From the human T2T-CHM13v2.0 reference genome, Homo sapiens, in NCBI RefSeq assembly GCF_009914755.1, contig NC_060926.1: DNA of 64,000 bases. One strand, written 5' to 3'. A program made the translations under genes and the position numbers. Below, piece by piece: positions 29,921-46,085 of this stretch; the stretch's first letter is position 1; every line of letters starts with the position of its first letter. Under the pieces are notes generated by a model. That model did no database searches. It saw nothing but the letters and a program-made list of their open reading frames with translations, and was not told the origin of the DNA.

Positions 29921-30505
29921 TGAAGAGCACACTTGATGTTTCAGTGCCCCCCTTGGAGGCCACCAAGATATTGAGCAGGAGTCACAATATTAAACGGATG
30001 ATGCAAAATTATGAATACTCCTCAAGGCTGGTAGGAAGAAGTAGAGAGAGATCTGTGGAGCGAGATCTAAAAAAGTGAATAAAATAGTCTAGACAACTCT
30101 GAAACTAAGGGTATAAATCTTTCTGGCCTCTAGGATTTTGCTAACATACTAACAAGCCTAAAAAAGTCTATTGTTGTGGTCCAAAAGAAAGGTGACACAG
30201 TGACATAAAGGATCAGCAGAAAGGAATAAATAGTACTGAAAACAATGGGTCCAATGAAGGTGGAGAATGTTGTTAAGCAGGCAATGACCAACGTGTAGAC
30301 TACAGTAAAAGTTGTCAAGATGAAGAGAAAGAAGTAACATCAGTTCCCCTATTGGAAAGATGTAACAAAATGGCATCTCTAGCATGGAAGAGGTTGCATT
30401 AAAAACAAACAAACAAAAACTTCCTCTGTGTTCCGATGAGACCTTTAGTAAAGGAAGTCATGTAGATGGGTGGATGACATGAGATGAAGGATTAACAGAC
30501 CTCTA

Positions 30506-30994
<489 letters not shown>

Positions 30995-31196
30995 TCATTT
31001 ATCTTCCAAAGTGCAAAATAGAAGTGCAGAATTTTCTCTATTTGTACTCAGATATACCTGTGGTATAATTGTTAGTGTTTATTGCATTGTGCCTTTCACC
31101 TGCTCTGACTGACAGTTCAATTTCATTCTAAGGAGCCTGTTTGCTGCAACACTGAACGTTAATAACACACATTCTGTTGTCCATTTTCATTTTCAG

Positions 31197-31268
31197 TCCT
31201 AATCTATGAACCAGAAAATCCTGAGGCCAAGGAGTTTTTCACACTTATTGAAGAAATGTTGCTGATGG
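31197..31268 (+). CDS. ERICH2: ERICH2 common exon: ILIYEPENPEAKEFFTLIEEMLLM
   Basis: ttttcattttcag| acceptor and G|gtaatt donor; 72 nt, in frame. Confidence 0.92.
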
Positions 31269-31616
31269 GTAATTTTAAAAATTGAAATTCCTTGTTTCTC
31301 ATAGAACTCTAAGCAGTCACTTTAAAAACCCATTATCCCGGGAGATTGTCGATACATCTTTAGGAAGTGGTTAAGAAAAGGCTAAATGGCTGTCTTAAAT
31401 GGTTTAGTGAAACAGCTTCTCCTCTGTGGATGGTCACAATGACCCCCTTCTCTCTGTGGGATAGAACTGCCCGAGCAGAGCAGGCTCCCTGGGCACCAGG
31501 CATCAGGTATTGACAAGCAGAATATGCTAACACGGCTGCGTGTTAAAGGAATTACCCACAATTCCAAGGGAAGCCACACCCTCTCAATTACCTTGTCTCA
31601 ATTCCTTTCAATGGAC

Positions 31617-31700
31617 AATTTTACTATTGTCAATAAAATTCTATGATAGAAAGAATTCTATGAAATCGTTAAATAGAATTTCATTGACAATAGTAAAATT
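31617..31700. repeat. 28-bp inverted repeat (1 mismatch) with 28-nt loop
   Basis: AATTTTACTATTGTCAATAAAATTCTAT (31617-31644) versus ATAGAATTTCATTGACAATAGTAAAATT (31673-31700). Confidence 0.9.
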
Positions 31701-31925
31701 ATTTTTATAGACTTATGTTTTAAATTATCAAAAACACCTGTATGCCAGTAAAAATACATTTCTTCTTTGTACTACCATTTGACCCTAGTGCAGTTAGCCA
31801 AGTCCAACTCAGTTCTTATGTTACAAATATATGTATTTCTTGGTAGAGGGAGGGGCAAGGAGAATTATTTTTCAGAGTGAAATATTAAGAAACACCTTAA
31901 GCAATCCTCTTCCTTTCTGTGGCAG

Positions 31926-32050
31926 AGAAAACTCAGAATCATGAGCAAGACGGTGAAAACAGTGATGAAGACAGCAGTGGTGAGAGTAAAGGAGAAAGCG
32001 ATGAGGAGCTGAGTGACGAGAGCTCTGACGAAGGTGAAGATGGATCATGA
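31926..32050 (+). CDS. ERICH2: ERICH2 last coding exon: EKTQNHEQDGENSDEDSSGESKGESDEELSDESSDEGEDGS*
   Basis: cctttctgtggcag| acceptor; stop TGA at 32048-32050; the five short-isoform exons total 471 nt = 156 aa. Confidence 0.93.
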
Positions 32051-32103
32051 GTGTTGCTGCAATACTTGAAGCTTCATGTATTTTCATTAATGTATACCAT
32101 GCA

Positions 32104-32111
32104 AATATAAA
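32104..32111 (+). terminator. ERICH2: Candidate non-canonical polyadenylation signal (AATATA/TATAAA)
   Basis: About 55 nt after the stop, with upstream TGTA motifs and a T-rich tract downstream; no AATAAA nearby. Confidence 0.4.
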
Positions 32112-32530
32112 GACAAGTGACATTTTAGTCTAATTCTTCCTTATTTGGTACAGTTTCTTTTAAGTTATCTATATTCTTGGCTTAAGACTCTTCCTAATAT
32201 TTAGGCCTTAGCTCAATATATGAGTTACTCAGAGAGGAAAATAGTTGAAAACACTTACATAGGACTGTGTGCCAGGTACTGTTCAAACTGCTCTACACAC
32301 ATTGTATAATTCAACAACCCCATTAAGTACTATTATTATGCCATTCTACAGATGAGAAAACTGAGGCATAGACAGGGTGAATAATTTGTCCAGTATCATA
32401 CACCTATTTGTTTGTAGAGCCTGGATTTGTGCATGGACATTATTGCCCCAGAATTCATATGTTTAGTTCCCTATAAATTACCACCATTTCAGGCACTTTT
32501 ATATCATTCATCATTTGTTTGTTTGTCTAG

Positions 32531-32683
<153 letters not shown>

Positions 32684-32973
32684 TGAAATGCTTGTTTAAT
32701 TGTTCATTTCATCTTCTCCCTACCTGCCAGAGAATGTAACAGAACTTTATCATTTTCCTCATAATATCCCAGCAACTGGACAAGTACCTGGCAAATAATA
32801 GAACACATATACCAAATTAATGAACAAATGAAGTGAAAGTTAGTGGAAATATTTATATTCTTTCATAAAACATTTACAAGACTTATACTTCTTACGTACC
32901 AATCTATTTTATTGTGCTGATTCTGTAGTTCTTGCTGGATTTCTGCCACTTTCAAATTAGGTTGTAAGGTAAC

Positions 32974-33742
32974 TGTCTTAGTCTGTTTTTTGTTACTATA
33001 AGAAAATACCTGAGGCTCGGTAATTTATAAAGAAAAGAGGTTTATTTAGCTTACGGTTCTGCAGGCTGGGAAGTTGAAGATTGGGCAGTTGAATCTGGTG
33101 AGGGACTCATGCTGTTTCCACTCATGGCAGAAAGTAGAAGGGGAACAGGCATGTGCAAAGAGATCACACAGCAAGAGAGGAAGCAAGAGAAACCAAGGAA
33201 GCCAGACTCTTTTAAAAACCCACTCTCATGGGAACTAATCCATTCCTATGAGAGCAAGACCTCACTCACCCCCGGCCCCCAAATTAATCTACTCATGAGG
33301 GATTCAACTCACCCGCCTGACCCAAACACCTCCCACCTCCCAACTCCACGACATACTGGGGATCAAATTTCAGCATGAATTTTGTTTTGTTTTGTTTTTA
33401 TGTTGTTGTTGAGACAGGGTCTTGCTCCATCACCCAGGCTGGAGTGTAGTGGTGTGATCATGGCTCACTGCAACTTTGAACTCCTGGGCTCAAGTGATCC
33501 TTCTGCCTCAGACTCCTGAGTAGCTAGGAATACAGTCACGTGCCACCACATCTAGCTAATATTTTTTAAAATAATTTTTGTAGAGACAGGATCTTGCTAT
33601 GTTGCCCACAGTGGTCTCAAATTTCTGGCCCCAAGTGATTCTTCCACCTCAGCTTCCCCAAATCCTGAGATTATAGGTGTGAGCCACTGCACCCAGCCCA
33701 GCATGAGTTTTGAAGGGGGCAAACCACATATAGACCAAAGCA
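32974..33742. mobile_element. MST-type MaLR solo LTR interrupted by an antisense AluJ (33380-33698)
   Basis: TG...CA ends with 5-bp TSD GTAAC (32969-32973 and 33743-33747); GGTAATTTATAAAGAAAAGAGGTTTATTT motif; Alu TSD CAGCATGA.TTT. Confidence 0.85.
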
Positions 33743-34922
33743 GTAACTGAGGTAAAAGAAAAATATTCCTAAGTAATTTGTTTACAAATGTGCCAATCCG
33801 ATTTGAGGGGAAGCATCCTGAATTTTTATCTTATGTCAGTACAGTGTCACAACATATCCAAAATGTTTGCGGCATTGCTTATTCTTTAGGCATTGTGGCC
33901 TGTTAACATTCAGAGGAAGAAAATCTGCAGCACCAATTCATAGGGATGACCAAAAGAAATGAAGATGGATATGTGTAATCCTCTAGTTACCCTTTCTAAA
34001 TCTGCAGTAAACTCTCAGGGCTTCATGCATAAATAACCAAATAGCATCAGAGGTTTGACTGACAGATCTCAGGAATTACCTGTTCTTTTCATTTTCTTTT
34101 GGGTTTAATATTCATTCCACCATGGGAAAACCACCATATCTCAATCTAATGATGCTTACCTGATTAAGGAGAACCCTCCATAAGAAGTTCATAGTATACC
34201 CTAAAGCTGACATTGAAGACTAAATAAGTTACAATGAGATTTTAGTTGTCTTTTAAAGGAACAGGGAAGCTTTGAGGAAGAAACTGTCCGAATAAAAAGC
34301 CATGATATCACAGGCTATGTTATAGCTAAATCTAAGAATTTATGAGGCTTGTTCATTCAGGATCATCAGTACCCCCTGTCCATACTCTTCATCCTACTAG
34401 CCCTCACTAATGAATGAAATGGTAAGGTGTTGGCATGACCTGACAATAGGCACGTGTGTATAATAGGTATGTAGTAATAATAGCTTAAAAAATCTGCAAA
34501 TTATTGTTTACATTATTTAACCTACTTGCTTCTCACAGTCATCTGAAGAGCATGCTATTATCCCCATCAATTACACAAACTGAATTTGACATAATTGAGG
34601 AATCTAAGGTTAAATATTGGCTGGGATGTTGGAATTCAGATGAGGAAACTGAAACTTAGAGATGCTTGGTTATGTCCCAGTATGAGAGATTTTGTGAACC
34701 TTAAACCCAATGTTCTTTGTTACCTCACACAGAGCTAGCATCTAGGAACTATTTAATAAGTCTGCCAATGAGTTATATCTGTGTAGACAGTTCAGTTCCA
34801 GACCTGTGCCTTCTTCAATAACTTTACAACACATTGTAATGATGTTAATGAACCCAAATATCCAACAATATGAGAATATGTAAGAATGCCTACTCAATAG
34901 ACTTCAGAGGGGAACCCACTGA

Positions 34923-35264
<342 letters not shown>

Positions 35265-36300
35265 TAAGTATTTACTGAAGGCCTTCTAGGTATTCTGGAG
35301 GGAACAAAACCCAGTCTCTGCTCTTCAACAGCATTGTTGTTAAATACAGGGAGATAAACACTGCCATTGTGTGGGTCCTGGGCACTAAGGGAGAATGTGG
35401 GAGGGCAGGAGAGACAGTCTAGGCATCCAGGAAAAGCATTTAGAGAGAAGTGAAGTCTAAGCTAAGAAGGTAGAGGAAGTGGGAATTAGCTGTAAGAAAA
35501 GGGTGTCTAGAAGACAGTCTGAGCAGAGTAACACAACTTGCAAAGGCGCAGAGACACAATCTGATTTCAGAAAGTTAAGCAGGTAAGGTTGGATTATAAA
35601 ATGAACCATTTAGAGTGGAGAAAGACGAAGCTACAGTGATAAAAGAACTGGGTGATGGGGGGTCTTAGAAGCCATGTTAGAGTTTGAACTTTATCCTTAG
35701 AGTAATGGAGGCATTGAATGCTTTTAAGGAAAATAATTGTATTTTAGAAAGAGCATTCTGGTAGGTAAAAAAGATGTCTTCTTAAACTACACATTACGAT
35801 CCATTGGTCAGTTATGAAATCATTGCAGTAAATCACAAATACCTGGGGGTTTTACAAAGTTAAATACATAGAATAGAAACTATCAGCATATACTGCAAAA
35901 GAGTATGGCAAGCATTGTTTTATGAAACTTTTGTTTCAGGAGTGTGTATTCCCTAGACCTTGAAGTGAAATGTATTTCTTCCTGTGGATCTCGATGAAAA
36001 ATAAAATTTGAAAGCTTAGAGAACAGACTAGAGTTGAATACAGACTCTAGCAGTTCAAAATTGTAACCTGAAAAGAGACAGTAGCAGGGAGATGTAATGG
36101 AATGGAGGGGTTACTCTAGAGGTAGAAAGAATTGGCAGGAATTGGGGATAAAGTAAATGTGGTAAAGAGGTAGAGGTCAAGAATGACTCTTAGTGGGAGG
36201 ACAAGGTATATGGTGATGCCAGCCCCTAAAGACAGGAACACAGGAAAGCAGCTTTGTTGAAGAAGATGGAGGTTCACTTGCACAAGTTGACTATGGGAAA

Positions 36301-36814
36301 TGTATTAGTTTCCTATTGCTGCTATAAAAAGTTACCACAAACTTCGTGGCTTAAAACAACACAACTTTATGATCTTATAGTTCTGGAGGTTCTAAGTCCA
36401 AAATGGGTCTCACTGGGCCAAAAGCAAGGTGTCAGCAAGGCTGCATTCCTTCTGGAGGCTCTAGGAGATAATCCATTTCCTTGCCTTTTCCAGCTTCCAG
36501 ACCCCACGCATATTCCTTGGCCCCATCTTTCCACCTTCAAAGCCAGGAATGTCTGGCCAAGCCCTTGTCATGCTGCCATCTCTCTATTCTCTCTCCTGAC
36601 TTTTTCTTCTGCTTTTAAAGATGCTTGTGATTACCTTGGGTCCATCTGGATAATCCAAGATAGTCTCCCTATCTTAAAGTCAGCTAATCAGCAAGGTTAA
36701 CTCCGTCAGCAATCTCAATGCCCCATTGCTATGTAATCTAACATATTTGCAGTTTCTGGGTATTAAGATGTAGACATCTTGGGAGAAGAGGGGTGCATTA
36801 TTCTGCCTAACTCA
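36301..36814. mobile_element. MLT1 (D/E-like) MaLR solo LTR
   Basis: TGTATTAGTTTCCTATTGCTGCT...ACCACAAACTT.GTGGCTTAAAACAACAC...ATTATTCTGCCTAACTCA; GGAA(A/G) flanks. Confidence 0.8.
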
Positions 36815-37084
36815 GGAAGTATTGGGTAAGTGTTAACTAGTTTTCATGGTATGAAGCTTAAAAAAGACACTTGGGCGGGAAATATACCTTTATTAGTAGT
36901 CATCACTTAGAGATAGTAGTCAAATAAACAGAATGAAGGACCCATGAAGAGAGTGTAGTCCAAATAGGAGAGGACCAGGGATAGAATTATAATGATCACC
37001 AACATTTAAGTGGTAGTCCATGAAAGAGAAGTGCACATAATAGACTGAGAAGGAACAACCAAGAGGAAAATTGGGAAAGCAAAT

Positions 37085-37590
37085 ATAGTGGGCACTGTTG
37101 GTTTCCTACTCAGCAACTATCCTTTTCCCTTTCTTTGCAAAGAGCAAAGACAGTCCCGACTCTGTTCAGATATTCGCTCCCCACATCCATAGCCACGAGA
37201 CTCAGCCAACCAGTCCCTGGCATTTCTCTGGTGACTGTTATTGTTCCAGAGATGGACATGTGACCTACTTCTTCTAAAAAGATCGAGGACTTTATTTCAT
37301 GATTGGGAGGAGATGTTCCTCCATTCTTCTGGTTAAGAACCAGGAAGCATGCTGCCCTAGTTTCTGCTGGCAGTCATCTCATGATCACGAGAGAAGCTAA
37401 TCTTAGGAAGAAGCTGATGCTGTGGATGGAAGAACAAAAAGAACCTAGGTCCCTGCTAATGCTCAGCCGCTGAGTCGACGGGCCTGGGAGCCACCACTCT
37501 GAGTTTATGTTATGAGATAAACTTTCTTATTGTTCAAGCCAGTTGGATCAAGGTTTCTTTTACCTGCTGCCAAAAGCCTCCTAACTGATA
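37085..37590. mobile_element. Old MLT1 (J/K-like) LTR
   Basis: GGACATGTGACCT, CTGGCAGTCATCT, TTCTTATTGTTCAAGCCAGTTGG...AAAAGCCTCCTAACTGATA motifs. Confidence 0.55.
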
Positions 37591-37901
37591 TTGAGCAGCA
37601 CCACAGAAACCCAGAAAAAGAGTTTCAAGGAGCCTGTAAAAACCTGCTTTGCAAAAAGTTGCAGAGAAGACAAGTAAGATAAGAACTAAAAGGGTAATGG
37701 GATAGCAACAAAGAGGTGGTTGGTGATATTAGGAAAAGCTGTGTCAGTTGAGTGTGAATTGGGGGTGCCGTATTTCAGTGAATTTGAGTGCATTGGAGGT
37801 GAGGAAAAGGAAAACGAGGAAAGAAAAAAGATGAAGTATCATTGGAAGACATAAGGTAAGTGCAGTATTATTTGTAAAACATTTAAGATGAGCATGTTTA
37901 C

Positions 37902-38110
37902 CGGCCTGGCCAACATGGCAAAAAACATCTCTATAAAACATATAAAAATTAGCTGAGAGTGGTGACACACGCCTGTAGTCTTAGCTACCTGGGAAGCTGA
38001 GGCAGGAGGACCGCCTGAGCCTGGGAGTTTGAGGCCGCCAGTGAGCCAGGATCTGATTGCGCCACTGCACTCCAGCCTGGGAGACTGTCTCAAAAAAAAA
38101 AAAAAAAAAA
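37902..38110 (+). mobile_element. 5'-truncated AluJ
   Basis: Partial left arm plus right arm with poly-A. Confidence 0.78.
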
Positions 38111-38573
38111 TAGATGAGCCTGAGCCTGTTTAATAGGATGGATGATAATAACAGCTACTGATAGCCTGTTATGTGTTAGGCACTATACTAAGCATTCATA
38201 TGTTAATGTTTTTAATCCTCATAACACCTGTATGGGATAGACATTATTATTCCCAATTTACATACGAAGAAAGCGAGGTGTAGAGATGCTGAAAGTAACT
38301 TTCTAAAGATCACATACTTGGGAACTGGCAGATTCAAGTCCAGGTCATTTTATTCTAATACCCTGCCCTTCACGCTATGGCTTCCTCCCTAAGAGGCCAG
38401 TAGAGAGGAACAGATTGGAAAAAGGGATAACTTACAAGGCATTTATCTAATATTTTAGAAGATCCATGTAAGAGAACCCTAATACATGGCAGTATTTAGG
38501 TGTACCACTGCCCCGGCAGTCCAAGTGTGGAATCAGAGCTGTCTCCTCTTCTCCAGTATTGGTCCTTTCATAG

Positions 38574-38911
<338 letters not shown>

Positions 38912-40034
38912 TGCATTTACTTTAATTACAATGTTTATTTCCCTTTAGCTTGATCCTGGTGGACATGTAAAATAGATGTAATTTTGGTATTTGCCTGAAA
39001 TATTGATGTTGGTCAAGGGGGAGCACGTGAACAGAGCTCATGGTACCAGATGTGAAGTCAAGCCTAGGGCCATTGGAAACGCTGTGGGGTTTGGGGCAAA
39101 AGTCCTATGCCATGAGGTCTTGAGAGTTCATAAGAGGCAGGTAAGATAAGGCCTCCAAGGCCAGACTAAGGAGTACAACGGTCTTTCTGACTGTCTCTCC
39201 TAATAAGCCCCCCAGTCCTCATAAGATATGAGTTATAATGGAGCAGGGGGAGCGTACAGAGCTTGGAGGAGCCTGGGAAGTAAAGCACTGGGAGAAGAGA
39301 TTGGCTTGCATAGCCTGTTCAAAATGTACCCTTCTGAACAAAGAGACAACTTATGACACATATCGTGGTTGGTTCCCCCTATGTCCATTCCACCCCAGAT
39401 GATAAATCTAATCATGGTAATCCTATCCCCTTTGCTACTAGTTATTGCTAGGCATGGGCAGAACTACACCAATTTCAGCTGATAAAACATCAGCAGGAGT
39501 TGGATATTAACAAGAAGGAATGGAGCCCTCATGGCTGCTGGCAGCCATCTTAGAACCAGGAGTAGGCCTTATGCTGAAGCCAAAGCTAAGGACAGCAGAG
39601 CAGAGCGAAAAAGGAACCCGGTCCTTGAAGACATTTTCTTACTATGTAAGACAGTACATTTTCTTGCTATTTAAACCATTTTGCTTCAGATTTTCTATCA
39701 CTAGTAGCTGAGAGTATATCCAATGTATCTGCCACAGCGCAATAAGCATGATAATGCCAATAACATCTCCTAAGAGTGTGTAAGTCAAACTGGATGCTTA
39801 GGTTACCCTCAGTTCCCCAAGGGTTCATGGCCACTCAAAGCCAAGGAAGAGGAATTGGTGGGTCCTTCTGTCAGTCAGGAAAAGCAGAAACATGAAACTT
39901 GTTACGATGGTTATCTCTGGGTTGTGCAATTGAGGGGAGGTAAGTAAGAAAAGTTGTACTTTTCATTTTACACCTTTTATTTATTCCCTTAAAATTTTAA
40001 AATCATGGGCATGTATCACTTTTATAACTAAAAG

Positions 40035-40525
40035 CTTTTTTATTGTAAACCATACACAGCATGCAATTTATCATTTTAAGCATTTTCAAGTGTATACTTC
40101 AGTGGTATTACGCACATTTACATTGCTGTGTAACCATCACCAGCACCCATCTCAGAAACTGCTTCATCTTCCCAACTGAAACTCTGTCCTCATTAAACAA
40201 TAACTCCTCATTTCCCACTCCCACTAGCCACCATTCTACTTTTTGCTTTGATGAATTTGACTACTCTAGGTACTGCGTATAAAAGGAATCATATATGTCA
40301 TTTTGTGACTGGCTTATTTCACTTAGCATAAAGTCTTCAAGGTTCATGCATGTCATAGCATATGTCAATACTTTATTCCTTTTACTGCTAAATAATATTC
40401 CACTGTATGCATATGCCACCTTTTGTTCATCTATTCATCCACTGATGGACATTTGGGTGGCTTTCACCTTTTGGTTATGGTGCATAATGCTGCTATGAAC
40501 ACAGGTGTACAAATATCTGTTGGAG
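40035..40525 (-). mobile_element. L1MB 3' end
   Basis: TTTTCAAGTGTATACTTCAGTGGTATTA...TTTTGTGACTGGCTTATTTCACTTAGCATAA...GATGGACATTTGGG. Confidence 0.8.
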
Positions 40526-41276
40526 GCTAAAACCTTTTAAATTAAGCCTATACATGGGGTAGGGGAAAATATGGGATTGGGGGGGGTTACTGAAAATGCT
40601 AACCATCGTAGTGTTTGTGTAATGAGGTTATTTCCTTTTTCATCATTCTAAAGTCATAAGCTTTCTTTAGCAATCATATATAACGTTAAAAGAAAAAAGA
40701 TGTACATTTTTTCAAAAGAAAAAAACTTCAAAAGAGAATTAAGGTAAAATTGACCTTAGAATCAGAAAAGTGAACATGAGGAAGGAAATCAACATTCATG
40801 GAGTGCCAACTATGTGAGGTGTTTTAGCAGGCCTTAGTATCCTTTCTGGTGTGATGGAAGCTTTTAATGAGGATAAATACTAATAAATAAGCCAATAAAT
40901 AGTTCATTAAGTACAGGAAAAAAAAAAGTCACCTGAGATAGAAATTTGCTGATTTTCATAAAATATTAACCAGTTAGTACATTTACAAATTGCTTACCCT
41001 GATGCCTAATTGGATATTTAAGCAGGGTTAATTGCAATCCATCACAAATAGCCCCCAAAGTCCCTGTTTTCTTAGGATTTATTATGTAGTTCCTGTTGCT
41101 GCACAACAACATATATTTTAATACTGAATTTTCATAAACTCCTCTCCCCGCTTTTTAATACTTCAGCTATTTTGTAACAAGGCTTTTGGTGTCCCATGCT
41201 CTCAGGTCCCTAATGTATCTTCATCTCTAATAAAGTTCTAAAATGTTCTTCTGTAAAAGGACTTGCTTGAAAGTGA

Positions 41277-41728
<452 letters not shown>

Positions 41729-41879
41729 TGGGGGGACAGAGTATTTAAATCAGCAGACAACATCCTCATCGAAAGCCACCTTCTCTTAGCTCACAACTGC
41801 CAATGAAAGAAAATAAGAGAAAAAATATTAAAAATCATATGTCACTAAACAAAATTAAGGGAATACTTCAAGAAACTTA

Positions 41880-42274
<395 letters not shown>

Positions 42275-42289
42275 TGCAATTTTAAATAT

Positions 42290-43450
<1,161 letters not shown>

Positions 43451-43823
43451 CAGCAGAAATCCATAATTATGTATAAATGTCACCTCATCACAAAACTGGC
43501 TCCCTCTCTCCCTTTCCTAAGAGAGTCTGAATACTCCATCAGAAAACTTTCTCTACAAATCAAACTATCTTTGTGGACTAATAAAAACCTCTAAGGCACT
43601 AAAGAGGAGGGCTTTGAGTCCTATGTACGGGAATGATCAGTAGCTCTACTAAAAGAAATTGGCAAAATAATACAAATATTATGCTTAGCTTATACATCCA
43701 AGGAGAACAAATTTAATTTGTTCAAAATCACTGTTGAACTAAGGGGAAGGAGCAGAAGCAGCTATTAAACATGTATTGAACACCATTAACTAGGCACACT
43801 TGAGCTTGCTAAAATGGGTTCTC

Positions 43824-44111
43824 TTTTTTTTGAGACTGAGTCTTGCTCTGTTGCCCAGGCTGGAGTGCAGTGGGCAATCTCAGCTCACTGCAACCTCTGC
43901 CTCCCAGGTTCAAGCAATTCTGCCTCAGCCTCCTGAGTAGCTGGGATCACAGGCGTGCGCAACAATGCCTGGCTAATTTTTTTATTTTTAGTAGAGACGG
44001 GGGTTTCACCACGTTGGCCAGGCTGATCTCGAACTCCTGACCTCAGGTGATTTGCCTGCCTCAGCCTCCCAAAGTGCTGGGAATTACAGGCGTGAGCCAC
44101 CACGCCCGGCC
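43824..44111 (-). mobile_element. AluS element
   Basis: Antisense Alu; TSD TAAAATGGGTTCT. Confidence 0.88.
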
Positions 44112-44694
44112 TAAAATGGGTTCTATGAGCATCAAATAAGATAGCCCACAAGGCTGATATTAACCCCCATTTTACTTAGAAGTAAACTTGGAGCAGTCAA
44201 ACAATAGCCGATAAGTAGAATCTAGATGTAAACTCAAGTCAGACTGACTTCAACATTTTTGCTTTTCTCCCAGTAAAAGCTGCCTTGAGGGCCTCAAGAG
44301 GTTCTTGAGTCCATGGTATTTACAACATGAGAAGAGTTGCCAGTGAGAAGAATCACAAAATACCTGTAATAATAAATTGTTTCAGATGAATGAAACCTCA
44401 TCTGGTCTTATCTTGTACCCAAACCCTCCCATTATGGGGGTCTGGAGAGATTCTGTGATTTTTCCAAGGTCAAATGATTATTATGTGACAGAGCCAGAAG
44501 GCTTCACTGAACAAGCATAAGGCGCTGGGACTGAGAGAAGAAGAAAGCATTTCCAGCCCCCTGCGCACTAAGCATGTGGTCTGGGAAGTCCTGTAGCCTC
44601 TCTGGACTTAAGTTTCCTCATCAAGAAAACAGAAGACCTCAGGTGATAATTAACTGAGAATTCATACAATAAACACACCACACAATTTCCCTGA

Positions 44695-45218
<524 letters not shown>

Positions 45219-45272
45219 CCGTTGCCCTTCTTGGTATAGGAGAGTGTATTCGTCAGCTATTGTCACAATATT

Positions 45273-45352
45273 TGATATAGTTTGGATGTTTGTCCTCTCT
45301 AATCTCGTGCTGAAATGTGACCCCCAATGTTGAAGGTGGGGCCTAATGGGAA
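45273..45352. mobile_element. MST/THE1-type LTR end fragment
   Basis: TGATATAGTTTGGATGTTTGTCC...GAAATGTGACCCCCAATGTTGAAGGTGGGGCCT. Confidence 0.65.
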
Positions 45353-46066
45353 CGGCAATCAATCATGCACCCCTTCTGTTAAAGTTCCAGTTTCCTCCCC
45401 TGAGTAACTGGTCAGGATTAGGGGAAGAAACCTGGCCTGGAATAGAAGTTTAAGTTATTAGATTCTCCACAACTAAGTCAGAACTTTCCAGAACCTTTTC
45501 ACAAACAACAGTCCCAGATACCTATGTTTGAAAATGGGGACTAAATATCTGTTATTTTAAGTAGTCCAAGAGCTTTTACACTAAAAGAAATGAATAAAAT
45601 ATTACTCTCCTCAGTCTCCCATGAATTCTGTATTTCACTAAAGCATCTCAGGTGGGAAATCCTCCTTTTTGCATCCCACCCTTTTGGGGAAGGACTGATT
45701 TCGCCTTGGTTTTTGTTGAGATCAGAAGACACAGATATACCTTTAAAGCTCCCCATCAGAATTACAATCCAGAACTGTATTTCCTTGGTTTCCAGTTTTG
45801 CAGTGAATCAGTTTCTTGCCTAATATTCACAGGTTCACTACATTTGAGACACAGCTAGGTGGGAAAAAAACAGATGCCATGCACCCCCTAGTCTTTCACC
45901 AAAGAGACGCACTACCCTAGGTGTTTCAGGTCACTTCCAGAGCACTTCTGACCATTTGAAAAGGCCCTGCTTTGTGAAATTTGGCAGGGATGAGTATGAG
46001 CCTGCATTCTTCCTTGAAGAACTGCTCCCTTGGGAGGCCTGTTGTTTCTTCTCAGAAATTGTAATC

Positions 46067-46085
46067 TATTGCCACCTGGTGGTCA
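46067..46085 (-). promoter_or_regulatory. CTCF motif
   Basis: Reverse complement TGACCACCAGGTGGCAATA fits the CTCF core CCACCAG(G/A)(G/T)GGCR. Confidence 0.65.

Noticed and set aside
35780-36015. Possible MER/hAT DNA-transposon fragment
   Set aside because: Too degenerate to assign a family or ends without a Dfam search.
36254-36700. 148-aa ORF
   Set aside because: It lies almost entirely within an MLT1 LTR, has a TTG start and lacks splice support.
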